Shown: in pieces, positions 17,509-28,384 of the stretch
Numbering within the stretch: the first letter of the stretch is position 1
Layout of the letters: each line of letters starts with the position of its first letter
DNA from: Alphaproteobacteria bacterium
GTDB taxonomy: Bacteria; Pseudomonadota; Alphaproteobacteria; SMXP01
DNA: 64,000 bases
Assembly: GCA_965248815.1 (NCBI GenBank)
Contig: CBDFKK010000008.1
Span: 1,493,720-1,557,719 of the forward strand
Reading direction: 5' to 3'
Program-made: the position numbers and the translations under genes
Notes under the pieces: generated by a model
Told to the model about the DNA's origin: nothing
The model's database searches: none
Seen by the model: the letters and a program-made list of their open reading frames with translations, nothing else

Positions 17509-19482
17509 TTGGTACCATCGAATTATCAATTTAAGAGCCCCACACATTCTTATACGGGTTCGCCATTGGTTTGGAACTACTATGCGCATAAACCGAAATC
17601 GCCGAACCAGCATATCAACTACATCATTCAAAATTCTGCTCAAAGCGAACCGCTTAGTGGAATGCTGATAAACTCATCTAACGGCTATGATCTATACGTC
17701 CTTGATGAAGAACTTTTGAAAGGACATCAAACAAAAATCTTGCCAACTCCGGCCGGTGCAGAGATCTACAGCACACCATCTGAGATCTTATGGTCGACCG
17801 GTTGGAGTCTACACGGACGAGCAGTGTACGACCTAATCTCGATCTTAAAGTCAATAACTCCCGAGTAGACCTGGACAAGTCGCAAATACACAAAGTCATT
17901 TAAGTGGTTTCTACTCTTAAACATTGCCCTGTTTATTGTTGGCATCCTAATTGCCGCTAGATGGATTACTGCAAGCGGCTGGGAACAAGTTCGTGAAATA
18001 GTTTTGGATATACGGCCAGTCTATTTTGTTGCCTTACTATTGTTTTTGAGTTGGTACATTTTTCTAAAATTTTTGCGTTGGCAATTCTTATTGCGCCAAG
18101 CGGAAATTGTTGTCCCCATTCGGTCGAATCTTTCGATCTTTTTGGCGTCACTTGTGGGAACGGCAACGCCAGCCTACATCGGAGAACTTGTTAGAAGTAT
18201 TTTTATGCAAAGACGCTTTGGGACGCCAATACTTCTTTCGGCACCACTCATTATCATCGAGCGCATCTTTGACGTCATGACGCTGTCGATCCTGGGCTTG
18301 TTATTTGTTGATGTCGCGTGGTTGAGAGTAATCCTTGGTGCCACCGCATTGGCTTCATACTCATTATTTTTCTTTTCGGCCTACTTCGCTGGATTCGCTG
18401 ACGGACCGCTGACTCAGATTAGTCGGTTGCGGGACGCAGATGTGCAAATCAAGGTTGGAGTTTTTTCGTTGGCAATTTGGGTGCCCACTGCAGTGATTTT
18501 GACCGTTGCGGCAATGAATTACCAAATTTGAATACATCCGCTTTCTAGCATTGGTGTTTTTAGCGCCTCAACGATAACTGGTGCAATGACTCTTATGCCC
18601 GCCGGTATCGCGACAGTCGGAAGCGCGTCCATCATTAGTCTCCAGCAACTCGGTTTAGGGCTGGATCAAAGTGTTGCCATCGTAACGCTTGTGAGATTCT
18701 CAACAGTTGCGATTCTCCTGATGGTCAGTTTTTGCTTTCTGATCCGCGAAATGATAATCGCGCAAACAACCAACAATGAGAGATCGGATGTTCATTTCGA
18801 CGCAATTGCATCTGAATATAAGAACCAATTCGCCGAGCATGTTTGGGACAATCTTATTGAAAGAAAGATTCAGCTCATAATTGAAGCGTTGTCAAAATCT
18901 TCGCAGCAGGCCGGCAACGGGCTAGATCTCGGATGCGGGCTAGGTCGCCAATGCATGGAAATGGGGAATCGCGGCTATGACGTAATTGGTATCGATGTTT
19001 CCCTTGGGCTCTTAACTGTGGCGCGTAAGAAAGGCGCAATAGTCGTGCTTGGAGATGCCAAGACGCTTCCATTTGAAGATAATAGTTTGGAGTTTGTATA
19101 TTCGATTGGTGTCTTACACCACTTGCCAGACAAGGCGACGCAAAAACAAGTGTGTAATGAAGTATTCCGGATTCTGAAGCCTGGCGGCTTATTCATTATC
19201 CACGAGACCAATCCGATGAATCCATTTTTCAAGTTCTACATGAGCTATATATTTCCTCTGCTGAAGTCAATTGATGAAGGCACTGAAAAATGGATCCATC
19301 CTGATGAGTGGCAGAATTTCCAAGGGACGAATCTGGTGGAAAGGCGATTCTTCACTTTCATGCCCGATTTCATACCAAAATTCCTGATGCCTCCATTTCT
19401 TTCGCTTCAAATAAAACTTGAGGGCAGCCGATACAATAATTATTCAGTGCATTATATGGCCGTTGTTCAAAAAGAAATCTGA
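17509..19482 (+). pseudogene. Single 1974-nt reading frame for an N-domain + flippase-like (LPG_synthase_TM / UPF0104-like) membrane domain + class I SAM methyltransferase, interrupted by in-frame TAG (17866-17868) and TGA (18529-18531)
   Basis: The track ORFs 17509-17868, 18004-18531 and 18586-19482 are all in frame 1 with no other stops between them. The flippase-like domain spans the TGA: TM helices lie upstream, and the conserved LMPAGIATVGSAS...LVRF block lies just downstream. The C-terminus has methyltransferase motif I LDLGCGLGRQ. GC is only about 40%. Confidence 0.5.
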
Positions 19483-19703
19483 TCCAATTTAACGAGCTGC
19501 AATGCCCTTTCAAAAGTTCGCGAATAATTTGGTTCGGGTCGCATCGTCACGAAGTGCCCGCGAAAAGCCCACGATTCAAGAATGTGTAACTCTTTAAGCG
19601 TTCTTTTGGAGCGGAAATGCGTTATCGCAATAAGCGATTTTCAACTTAAATTACGGCCAGATTCAGCACCAAATCTCAAATATTTCGTTCTGGATGGACC
19701 GAC

Positions 19704-21863
19704 TTACGGAATTGAAGGTACGCGCCAGATTATTGCGCGATCATCTGCAAAGACTTTTTGAACTCTCGCATTGTTGGTCAACAGATCATATTGGGGCGGC
19801 CAGCGGCTCATGCTCCACGTTGTCACAAGTACATATTCAACATCGCTTGACGCTAGATTTTTCACAAACTGGTCGCTCGAAACTTGAGGAGAAAAGCGAA
19901 ACCAGTCGTCACCCTCGTTTCGCCAATCACTCCACCAGCCCTCCGCCTCCTCACGCCATCTCTCATGTAGCGGTCTTAGAAGAGTTCCATCGTCATCAAT
20001 GGCAACCGGTATGTGCTGAAGACTGCGCCCAAAAATTGGATAGTACTTGGTATACATATGGGGATCCGACATGATGAATGTGATCCGACTACCGCCCGGC
20101 AGACTCTCAACCGCCTTGACAACAGGCCCTAAAGCTTTTTCATCGCTCCCCTCGAAAAATACCTCTGTCTTATAGTCTTTCAACACTGGATAGCTGAAGA
20201 ACAACGCGGCACTTACCACTAGAAGGAGAACGGCCGAGCCAAAAAGTGGTGAAAAATGGATCGCTATTTTTCTAGGCATAATCAAGCTCAGAGTGAGAAT
20301 CCCACTCGCGATAAACAAAAATTTCATATCGACTAAGAGTGTTCCAACAAATGCAATACAACAGTACTGTGCCACTCTGTTTTGAGCCGTTAAGAAAAAA
20401 AGAAGAACGCCCATCAACACAGCTGCACTTAGCCGACGGATTTCGGGGATGAAGTCAGCATAGGGGCGGTTTCCACCTGCGAAAAACGGCTGGAACGGAT
20501 ACAGCAGAATGAGTACGACAATGATAGCCAGGATAAGAAGCTTTAGGTCTAGTGTACTACTTTCATCTGTTGCAGTTTGATAACCTGTTTCAAAGTATCG
20601 CTTCTTAATGTCAAACATGACAAGAATAACTCCCGCGACTGCTATCACGCCCGGGAGTTGAGTTGGCTCTACTATTGACCGATACCACTTTCTGATATTC
20701 ACCAAATCACTGAACCAGTGATCCATCCAGAAAAACAGCGATGTGCGACTTATGGCTTCGCGGTCAAATGGGCCGTCAAAAAATAGTACTTCCGCGGGGA
20801 AAAACGGATTGCCCGTCGCAATCAAATTCCGGAAGTACCAAACGCCTCCGGTTAGTGAGACCGCTGCGAAGCCTATGGCAAGAGCTACTAGGAAATTTCC
20901 AAGTTCAGCTCTTTTGAAAAAAATGACGCCCCAGCCCATGAACAAGAAAACAACTGAATCCAAATATGAAGCCTTAAAACCGAGCACTAAACCCGCTGCT
21001 ATTGAGCTAAATATATAGTTGGCCCACAGATCTTTTTGATCAATAGAGTCGCGCGTTGACAACGCAAGAAACGCTAAGGAGCACATAAACAGGGACGCAG
21101 CCGCAGCACTTGTAGCGCTGAAAGTAGACATCTGCCATAAATAGAGTGGTGAGGCCACACATACGAATGCCCCCGCTACACTTTGTAGACTATTATTTGT
21201 GACTCGATGGACAATCAAATAAATTGATAGTGCGGCCAAGGGTAGCCAGATGAGCGACGTAAGGCTGACAAAAGTGTCGTCCGAATACGGCAACATAAAC
21301 CAAGCCACGACGAGTTCCGAAGAAATTGGAAAATAAGCTTGATAGGTGAAGTTTGTATAGTTGAGGCTGCCGCTTGTAACGATTTTTGCTGGTATCGCGG
21401 CATGATAGGCAAGCTCGTCCCATCCAACAGTCCAGTTTGGAATGGCCTTCAGAATTGCAGTCTGGACCAAGAAGACGACCAAAAATGAAATTATCGAAAT
21501 TTGAAGAAATTTTCCATAGAGATCGCTGCTTTGATGGAACTCAATCGTTTTCCAATTGAGCAAAGCAGCCAATGACAATTGCTTAGATGGACTTGGAAGC
21601 AGAATTACAATTCCAAGAATGATTACGGAAGCAATGAGTACTGAGGAAGGCGCGAACACTCCAAAGTATGCCAATACAAGTGATTCCGTGTGCACAAGAA
21701 AAATAAACAACAACAAGGTGGAAAGGCACGCGACTACTTTGTTCTTATCATCTCCCAGGAATGATCGCAGCAAAATGGCCGATGCAAGGATAGAGGCGTT
21801 GGACAAAACAAAGACTATTGTGCCCGAGAACCCAGACGCCAAAGTGAATAAAGTATCCGTCAT
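19704..21863 (-). CDS. Large polytopic membrane protein with C-terminal soluble domain; GT-C-like (ArnT/PMT-like) glycosyltransferase candidate
   Basis: 719 aa with more than 12 predicted TM helices followed by a roughly 170-aa hydrophilic C-terminal domain. It lies in the low-GC (about 40%) island. The family call rests on architecture only. Confidence 0.3.
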   Translation of the reverse strand: MTDTLFTLASGFSGTIVFVLSNASILASAILLRSFLGDDKNKVVACLSTLLLFIFLVHTESLVLAYFGVFAPSSVLIASVIILGIVILLPSPSKQLSLAALLNWKTIEFHQSSDLYGKFLQISIISFLVVFLVQTAILKAIPNWTVGWDELAYHAAIPAKIVTSGSLNYTNFTYQAYFPISSELVVAWFMLPYSDDTFVSLTSLIWLPLAALSIYLIVHRVTNNSLQSVAGAFVCVASPLYLWQMSTFSATSAAAASLFMCSLAFLALSTRDSIDQKDLWANYIFSSIAAGLVLGFKASYLDSVVFLFMGWGVIFFKRAELGNFLVALAIGFAAVSLTGGVWYFRNLIATGNPFFPAEVLFFDGPFDREAISRTSLFFWMDHWFSDLVNIRKWYRSIVEPTQLPGVIAVAGVILVMFDIKKRYFETGYQTATDESSTLDLKLLILAIIVVLILLYPFQPFFAGGNRPYADFIPEIRRLSAAVLMGVLLFFLTAQNRVAQYCCIAFVGTLLVDMKFLFIASGILTLSLIMPRKIAIHFSPLFGSAVLLLVVSAALFFSYPVLKDYKTEVFFEGSDEKALGPVVKAVESLPGGSRITFIMSDPHMYTKYYPIFGRSLQHIPVAIDDDGTLLRPLHERWREEAEGWWSDWRNEGDDWFRFSPQVSSDQFVKNLASSDVEYVLVTTWSMSRWPPQYDLLTNNARVQKVFADDRAIIWRVPSIP

Positions 21864-22458
21864 ACGCCCTGTTATTGTCCGTTACTGATTCGTATCAAGT
21901 CCCACTTTTGCAAATTTGCTACCACACTGCTATTTATCTTTCGCATGCCAATTTGGCGATCCGCTAATCCGAAGGTCCGTCCAACTTCATCATTCGATTG
22001 ATCGTTAACAACACACTTCATACAAGTGCTTGGTTCTTGCGCGCATCATTACGGCTGCGGACCTGCCGGAAAGGTCAAAGCCAATCGAAGCGATCTTCGA
22101 ATTGGTTGAGACTGCTGGGTGCGACCTTAGTTTTTTGGCTGGCGCAACATCTGGTTTGGTGCCGAAAGCGGCCGTCATATTTGCACTAGCGCTATGACCG
22201 TTTCTGGCCTATTGGGCAATGGCGCATTCACCACAACACCATTCGCCCGCAAAGTTTTCTGGGCTACAAACCACCGACACCAGAAACCATATTGCCTAGA
22301 GAAACAATCGAGAACAGACCAACTTTGTAATTAGACATATCCTGGGGGCGGGTCAGTCCCAAGATAAACGTAACAGCCATGACACGTACGATGGTCGCGA
22401 AATTGATTTTGTTGTCGGTTTATTACGCTTTTCTTGTGTCCGACGATCCACGGAGTAA

Positions 22459-23246
22459 TTGATAACGCAAATTGGAATTGCGACAATTGCGGACCAATGT
22501 ATGGGTAGCCCTGCAAATCCCAGCATCGATGACGATCAATTGACCTATGCCTTTAAGGTGCTTGAGGAAAACCAAGACGCACGTTGGACGTTTCTTTTCT
22601 TGCATCAGCCCTTGTGGAATTTCGAAGATGCAAAGAATTGGCAGGCACTGGAAGACGAGCTGAGATCTCGGAAATATACAGCCTTTGCCGGTCATACTCA
22701 CACTTACAAGTATGATACAAGCGACGATGAGCAGAGCGATCACATTACTTTAGGAACGACTGGCGGAACTTCTCCATTGCGAGGAGAGGTCTATGGCGCA
22801 TTCGATCACGTCACCTGGGTTACGGCAAAGAAAGATGGGCCTGTTATAGCCAATCTCTCTCTCGAAGGAATAACGGACAAATACATTACGAGCCCCACAT
22901 TTGCTGCGACCTTCGAAGAAGCCAAGATCTTTCGCCCAGCTTTGTGGCAAACAGATGAGTCAATAGGTGTGGGGTCAGAAGGCGAGATTGAGCTGACGAT
23001 TGTAAATCCGTTCGAAGCCGCCCTTGACTACGAATTCGAAAGTCTTGCCGGTCCGGACTATCACGTTCTGTCTGAGCTCCCGTCAGGACAACTCGAACCG
23101 CAAGCTCAGAAAACAGAGGTCATTCGTGTACGGATTGCCGAAGACGAGCGCAAGCCGCTATTTTTCACTGCGCTGACTGAAACAAAGCTCAATGACCAAA
23201 AGACGGCACAATGGCGTACGCAAATCGGCTTTCTGCCTGAGCCGCA
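22459..23246 (+). pseudogene. Calcineurin-like metallophosphoesterase fragment (N-terminus missing; 3' end abuts truncated IS copy A)
   Basis: Contains FLFLHQPLW and AGHTHTY (GHxH) motifs. The N-terminal metal-binding motifs are absent, because a stop lies immediately upstream of the TTG at 22459. The track ORF runs 25 nt into the IS. Confidence 0.45.
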
Positions 23247-24177
23247 GTTTAATCCTTTCTCTTTGCAATAGAATAGTTTGGCCGCGCCCGAAGTAGACGT
23301 CGGCAGGCGTGAGGTTCTTCAGGCTCTCGTGATATCGCTGGTGGTTGTAGTGGCCGACGAAGTCTTCGATCTGCGCTTCCAGGTCGCCAGGCAGATAATA
23401 GTTTTGCAGCAAGATGCGGTTCTTGAGCGTCTGATGCCAACGCTCAATTTTGCCTTGCGTCTGCGGATGATAAGGCGCACCGCGTACATGCTTCATGCCT
23501 TGATCATCCATCCAGTCAGCAAGATCGCCAGCAATATAAGACGGGCCATTGTCGGACAGCAGGCGCGGCTTGTGAACGACATTAACTTGATCGAGCCCGG
23601 ATTCGGCGAGAGCTGCTTCCAGCGTTTCGGTAACGTCCTCAACCCTCATCGTGGTGCAGAGTTTCCACGCAATGATATAGCGCGAGAAGTCATCCAGGAT
23701 CGTCGACAGGTAAAACCAGCCCCAGCCGATGACCTTGAGATAGGTGAAGTCTGTCTGCCACATTTGATTTGGCGCCGTGGTCTTGTCTGTAAACTCGTCA
23801 GCCGCCTTGATGACAACAAAGGCTGGGCTGGTGATCAGATCCAGAGCCTTGAGCAGGCGATACACCGAAGCTTCAGATACGAAGTAGCCTTGCGTATCGG
23901 TGAACCTGACAGCCAGCTCGCGCGGCGACAACTCAGGCTCTTCAAGCGCTAGATCAACGATCTTGTCTCGAACGTCATCGGGAATACGGTTCCATACCCG
24001 TCCCGGCTTTGGAGACCGATCTTCCAGCGCTTCCACACCGCCAGTTTGATACTGATCGTACCAGCGATAGAATGTTGTCCGTGGAATGCCGAGTGTATCC
24101 AGCGTGCGTTTAACTGGCAGATGTGATTGCTCAACCAGTCCGATGATCTCGGCCTTCTCGGATGCAGGATATCTCAT
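23247..24177 (-). CDS. IS3-family transposase OrfB, copy A (3' end lost; the track ORF reads through into flank to 23158)
   Basis: N-terminal HTH (RYPASEKAEIIGLVEQSHLPVKRTLDTLGIPRTTFYRWYDQY) plus DDE rve core. The C-terminus differs from copies B and C because the IS is truncated. Confidence 0.75.
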
Positions 24178-24548
24178 TCGATATCCTCCCCATCCCCGAT
24201 CATGCTTTTTTTCAGAAGGCGCAGTTCCAACGCTTGTTCGGCAACGACTTCCTTGAGGTCTTGCGCTTCGCGCCGTAAGTCCTTCACCTCACCAGTATTA
24301 GCGGCCCGCGCCGTATCGCCTGCCAGCCGCTTCTTGCCAGCTTCAAGAAACTCCTTCGACCAGGTGTAATACATGCCCTGAGCGATGCCTTCCTGACGGC
24401 AAAGCTCGGCAATGCTGTCTTCGCCGCGAAGTCCGGCAAGCACAATCCGTATCTTCTCTTCAGCTGAATAGCGTTTGCGCGTCCAGCGGCGAATATCCTT
24501 GACTGTACGTTCCGCAGCTTCTTGATGGCGCACTGTTTTGTCTCTCAT
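24174..24548 (-). CDS. IS3-family transposase OrfA, copy A
   Basis: 124 aa. YSAEEKIRIVLAGLRGEDSIAELCRQEGIAQGMYYTWSKEF is an IS3 OrfA HTH. It overlaps OrfB by ATGA, and a GAAAAAAAG heptamer lies near its 3' end. Confidence 0.8.
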   Translation of the reverse strand: MRDKTVRHQEAAERTVKDIRRWTRKRYSAEEKIRIVLAGLRGEDSIAELCRQEGIAQGMYYTWSKEFLEAGKKRLAGDTARAANTGEVKDLRREAQDLKEVVAEQALELRLLKKSMIGDGEDIE

Positions 24549-24634
24549 CGTCCACTCCTCTCGTGTGACGATGGGCCAAAAACTCTCCCTTACGCAATTC
24601 CCTCAATCTGTCCCATGAGTGCTGACGCCGGACA

Positions 24635-25142
24635 GACATGGAAACGCGGATCATTATGCCGCACAAGATGGTTCCTGCAAAAATCAGCAATTTAAGTGCC
24701 ACAAAATTTTGGGCGATTGGTTTGTACTCAATAAACGAATAGATGGCGGCGACCGCCAGAGTAATCGTTAGGGCCCAGCGCAGCTGAATATCGAACTTGC
24801 TCCATGGCTTTTTTCTTTCCTCGTCCTTTTCGATATGCAGCCACCACACTAACGCCAGCCAGGCGAAACTAAAGGTCCAAATTGCGATGAGCCATGTTTC
24901 GGAAATTGTTAGGTAACCCTTCACGGCTGTAAGCGTGAAGCCGCTAGGGATCATAAGCACCATGGTGGTGCGCGGTGCCATGTCGATATCGCCAACAATG
25001 CGAGCGAGCAACAGGCGCGTTTTCGGGTCATACTGCGGATCGTTACGGAATCGGCCGGCATAAAAAACACCGAGGTCACCGCCAAGCCAGTACACGAACA
25101 AGAGTACATGTAATAAGACGATCAAGCTTTCCCAAAATTCCA
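24635..25142 (-). pseudogene. Membrane protein gene (unknown family) whose 3' end is fused to IS copy A
   Basis: The track ORF 24460-25209 has four or five TM helices. Its last 58 residues (VRRQHSWDRLRELRK...) are translated from the IS left end, so the native C-terminus is lost or replaced. Confidence 0.4.
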
Positions 25143-25308
25143 TTGAGGGCCTCCCGAAATAGCACTTCTGTGTAGCAGATTCGAACGTGGTGTGCCGTAC
25201 CGATTTCACTCAGTGGCCGAAAAGGAACTTTTAGAATTAGTTCGCACCGTGAAGAGATTGATGGGACTATCCTGAGCTTTGGCAAGAGGATTGGTAGGTA
25301 GAGACGAC

Positions 25309-26946
25309 ATGGTCCATTCACAAAACACCCACACATGCGTCAAATTGATTTCTGCGTCACTTATTGCACTTGCATGTGCCGGATTAGCGGCACCCGCGAC
25401 CGCGGGTTATGACGTGGAAATACTTATTCCATCACCTCAGCTCAAAGGGGTGATTGGCCTTGCCGTCGACAAAGAAGGCCTGCTCTACGTGGCGACCACC
25501 GCCGAAAAATCCATTCATGTACTGGACCCCCGGACCGGTGAGAGCCGTCCATTCGTGGGCGGTCCAGAAGGTCAAGCGGAAGATCTCGATTTTGCGCCGG
25601 ATGGCTCGCTCGCCTGGACTTCACCTGACGACAGTACAGTGCGTGCGATAAAGCCCGACGGGCAAATCGAAGTCCTAGCGACGGAGCTCGCCGGCGGAAA
25701 CGGTATTGCATTTTCCTCTGACGGGCGTCTCTTTGTGACTCAAGTTGACGCGGGCGATACCGTCTATGAAGTGGATTACAACGGTTCGAATGAGCCGCGG
25801 CTGCTCGTGCAAGGCATTGGCGGGCTCAATGGTATTGAAGTCGGTCCCGACAATTGGATCTATGGTCCGCTCCAGTTTAAAGGTGAAGTTGCTCGTCTCA
25901 ATCTGGAAACGCTTGATATCGAGACGATTGCCGATGGATTTCCAATGCCAACGGCCGTGAATCTTGATTCGAACGGCAACATATTTGTGGTCGATTGGCT
26001 AACCGGAGATTTAACGAAGCTCAACTCGCCAGACTACGACTCCGAAATCATAACTTCATTCGGCCAACCAATTGACAACTTAGCGATTGATCGAAACGAC
26101 ACCGTTTATGTTTCCACTCCCGCAGAAAATGCCATTTATGCCGTCGATCCTGAGTCAGGTTCTTCGCGGAGAGTGACGGGTGGCTATCTGAGCATTCCGG
26201 GTGACGTTGCCCTCATCAACAGTGAGGGCAAGCAAAAGCTGATCGTGGCCAGTCTGTTTGGGCAAAATGTAGTCGATCTCGAGACTCTCGAGATTGAAAA
26301 AGTAGGGCTGACAAAGGAGATCATTGCTTCAACAAGCGTAGCGGCAAATGACTCTTTTTATGCACTGTCGAACATTACGACCGGCCAGGTTCAGATCGTT
26401 GACCTGGCAACCGGTGAGCCAGTCCATATCGTCGGCGAATTGGCAGCGCCATACGATATGGAGTTTCTGGCAGACGGAAGACTGATTGTCGCCGAGTTTC
26501 TAAAGGATCGAATCGTCACGCTCGGCCTTGGCGACAAAAAGATCCAGGAGACCCTTGCAGACGATCTTGGTGGCCCTATGGGACTGGCGCTGTCCAACAA
26601 CAATTCTGTCTATGTATCCGAGGCTAATCGAGGCAGAGTCACCGAGATAAGATTGACAGATGGCCAACGAAATGTTTTGGCCGAGCAGCTCGATCAACCT
26701 GAAGGAATTGCCGTGATGCGCGACGGGCGACTGGCTGTTGCAGAGGTGGGTGAAAAGAGACTAATCGCAATTGATCCCGCTTCGGGTGAGATCGAAGTTT
26801 TGGTTGACAACTTGCCGATCGGATTGTCGTTCAAGAGCTTCATGCCAATGTTTTTGCCAACGGGGCTGGCCGTTGATGAAACAGGAGCAATCTATCTTGC
26901 CTCTGATTTGGATTATTCTGTGCTCAAAATAACAGAACAGCCTTAG
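25309..26946 (+). CDS. Secreted beta-propeller repeat protein (NHL / SMP-30-gluconolactonase-like repeats)
   Basis: Signal peptide KLISASLIALACAGLAAPATA is followed by repeated hydrophobic-strand/Asp-Gly blocks (IGLAVDKEGLLYVAT, NGIAFSSDGRLFVT, PMGLALSNNNSVYVSE, PEGIAVMRDGRLAVAE). Confidence 0.45.
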   Translation: MVHSQNTHTCVKLISASLIALACAGLAAPATAGYDVEILIPSPQLKGVIGLAVDKEGLLYVATTAEKSIHVLDPRTGESRPFVGGPEGQAEDLDFAPDGSLAWTSPDDSTVRAIKPDGQIEVLATELAGGNGIAFSSDGRLFVTQVDAGDTVYEVDYNGSNEPRLLVQGIGGLNGIEVGPDNWIYGPLQFKGEVARLNLETLDIETIADGFPMPTAVNLDSNGNIFVVDWLTGDLTKLNSPDYDSEIITSFGQPIDNLAIDRNDTVYVSTPAENAIYAVDPESGSSRRVTGGYLSIPGDVALINSEGKQKLIVASLFGQNVVDLETLEIEKVGLTKEIIASTSVAANDSFYALSNITTGQVQIVDLATGEPVHIVGELAAPYDMEFLADGRLIVAEFLKDRIVTLGLGDKKIQETLADDLGGPMGLALSNNNSVYVSEANRGRVTEIRLTDGQRNVLAEQLDQPEGIAVMRDGRLAVAEVGEKRLIAIDPASGEIEVLVDNLPIGLSFKSFMPMFLPTGLAVDETGAIYLASDLDYSVLKITEQP

Positions 26947-27205
26947 GCTAATCGGCAAACCAACCCGCCGGCTGTGTGCCAATCGTCACTCTAACGCCTA
27001 TGCGCTGAACATAACCGTTATCGTAGACAAGAAAATTTTTCAGAACCGCACGGCAATGGTGGCAGAAAATTTGACCGTAAATTATTTTGCTATTAAGGCA
27101 GCCGAGTGCGGAGAGCAACCCTTGCCATGGACATGATAGTCTTCCACCGTATGTGAAGGACTCTTTTCTGAAAACGCTAAATTGCAGTCCGCAAAGGAAA
27201 ATTTC

Positions 27206-28384
27206 ATGGACGAAAGCAAAATCATCATTATAGGGGCCGGCATGGCGGGACTAACCGCGGCATTGGCGCTTCAACGAGCCGGCTTTCAAGTTTCCATATT
27301 CGAACAGGTGCCTCAGTTGGGTGAAGTGGGTGCAGGGCTTTCGATCAGTGCAAATGCAACGCATGCACTCGACTATGTCGGAGTTGGAGATCGGGTACGT
27401 GAGCTCGCCTCGCCAAGTGTGGACAGCACATTGAGGCACTTCCAAACCAATGAAATCCTTGCACAAATGAGCATCGGCTCATCCGAGGAGCAGCAGGCGC
27501 GGTTTGGCAATGAATTTTTCCAGATCCATCGTGCCGACCTCCATAAAATTTTGACGGATGCGGTTCTTTCAAATGATCCCGATTGCATTATATTGAGCCA
27601 TGAATTTAGCGAGCTAGAACAGAACGGATCAGAGGTCCGCGTCAAGTTCCGAAACGGCAACGAAATCAAGGGCGACGTGTTGATTGGCTGCGACGGTGCG
27701 AAGTCTTTGATCCGTGAGCGTGTATTCTCCCAAGAGCCACCAAAGTTTGCCGGGTACGTCGCCTATCGCGGTCTGGTGCCCGTGGAAAATCTCGACCCCT
27801 CCATTGTTCGAACAGGAGCTACATTGAGTATCGGACCAGGCCAGATGTTCATGCGCTACACGGTGCGACACAGGCAACTAATGAATTTTGTCGGTATGGT
27901 TACAACTTCGGATTGGAAAATAGAGGGGTGGAATATTCCATGCGAAGCGGCAGAGGTGTTGAGTCATTTTTCTGAATGGCATGACGAAGTAAAAACCATC
28001 ATCCATGCTGTACCGCCAGAAGCCAGTTTTAAATGGGCGTTGGTCCACCGCAATCCTTTACCGTCTTGGACGGAAGGCCGTGTTGCGGTGCTCGGTGACG
28101 CGGCTCACACGATCACACCTTTTTTAGGTCAGGGCGCCGCGATGGCTGTCGAGGACGGCGTTGTTATCGCCCGCTGTTTCGCATGCTCAAACACACCAGA
28201 AGATGCAATACAATTGTATGAACGAATGCGAATTGACCGCGGCAACTGGGTTTTGGTCGAATCTCAACGCCAGGCAGATCGTTATATGACGAGCGATCCG
28301 GACAATTTCGACTTGACGACGTCGCGAAGTATCCACGCCAAGGCTTACGATTACAATCCAGCGACCGTTCCACTATCAAGTTAA
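27206..28384 (+). CDS. FAD-dependent aromatic-ring monooxygenase (salicylate / 3-hydroxybenzoate hydroxylase family), paralog 1
   Basis: IIIIGAGMAGLTAALAL is a GxGxxG motif, and GDAAHTITPFLGQGAAMAVEDG is the GD motif. It is about 75% identical to the ORF at 49310. Confidence 0.8.
   Translation: MDESKIIIIGAGMAGLTAALALQRAGFQVSIFEQVPQLGEVGAGLSISANATHALDYVGVGDRVRELASPSVDSTLRHFQTNEILAQMSIGSSEEQQARFGNEFFQIHRADLHKILTDAVLSNDPDCIILSHEFSELEQNGSEVRVKFRNGNEIKGDVLIGCDGAKSLIRERVFSQEPPKFAGYVAYRGLVPVENLDPSIVRTGATLSIGPGQMFMRYTVRHRQLMNFVGMVTTSDWKIEGWNIPCEAAEVLSHFSEWHDEVKTIIHAVPPEASFKWALVHRNPLPSWTEGRVAVLGDAAHTITPFLGQGAAMAVEDGVVIARCFACSNTPEDAIQLYERMRIDRGNWVLVESQRQADRYMTSDPDNFDLTTSRSIHAKAYDYNPATVPLSS

Larger units (their letters stand above)
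23247..24634 (-). mobile_element. IS3-family element, copy A: truncated at its OrfB-distal end, lacking the terminal about 124 bp; identical to 31207-32594 of copy B
   Basis: The 1388-bp stretch is shared with copy B; identity is inferred from identical embedded ORFs. The IRL, TGTCCGGCGTCAGCACTCATGGGACAGATTGAGG reverse-complemented, ends at 24634. The left boundary at 23247 does not reach the IRR. Confidence 0.8.

Noticed and set aside
22459-23271. Track ORF end at 23271
   Set aside because: The final 25 nt lie inside IS copy A, and the same sequence occurs at 31207-31231. The phosphoesterase fragment proper ends at the IS boundary 23246.
24460-25209. The 249-aa track ORF treated as one native protein
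   Set aside because: Its last 58 residues are translated from the IS copy A terminus; the identical sequence occurs at copy B. The native gene ends, or is truncated, at 24635.
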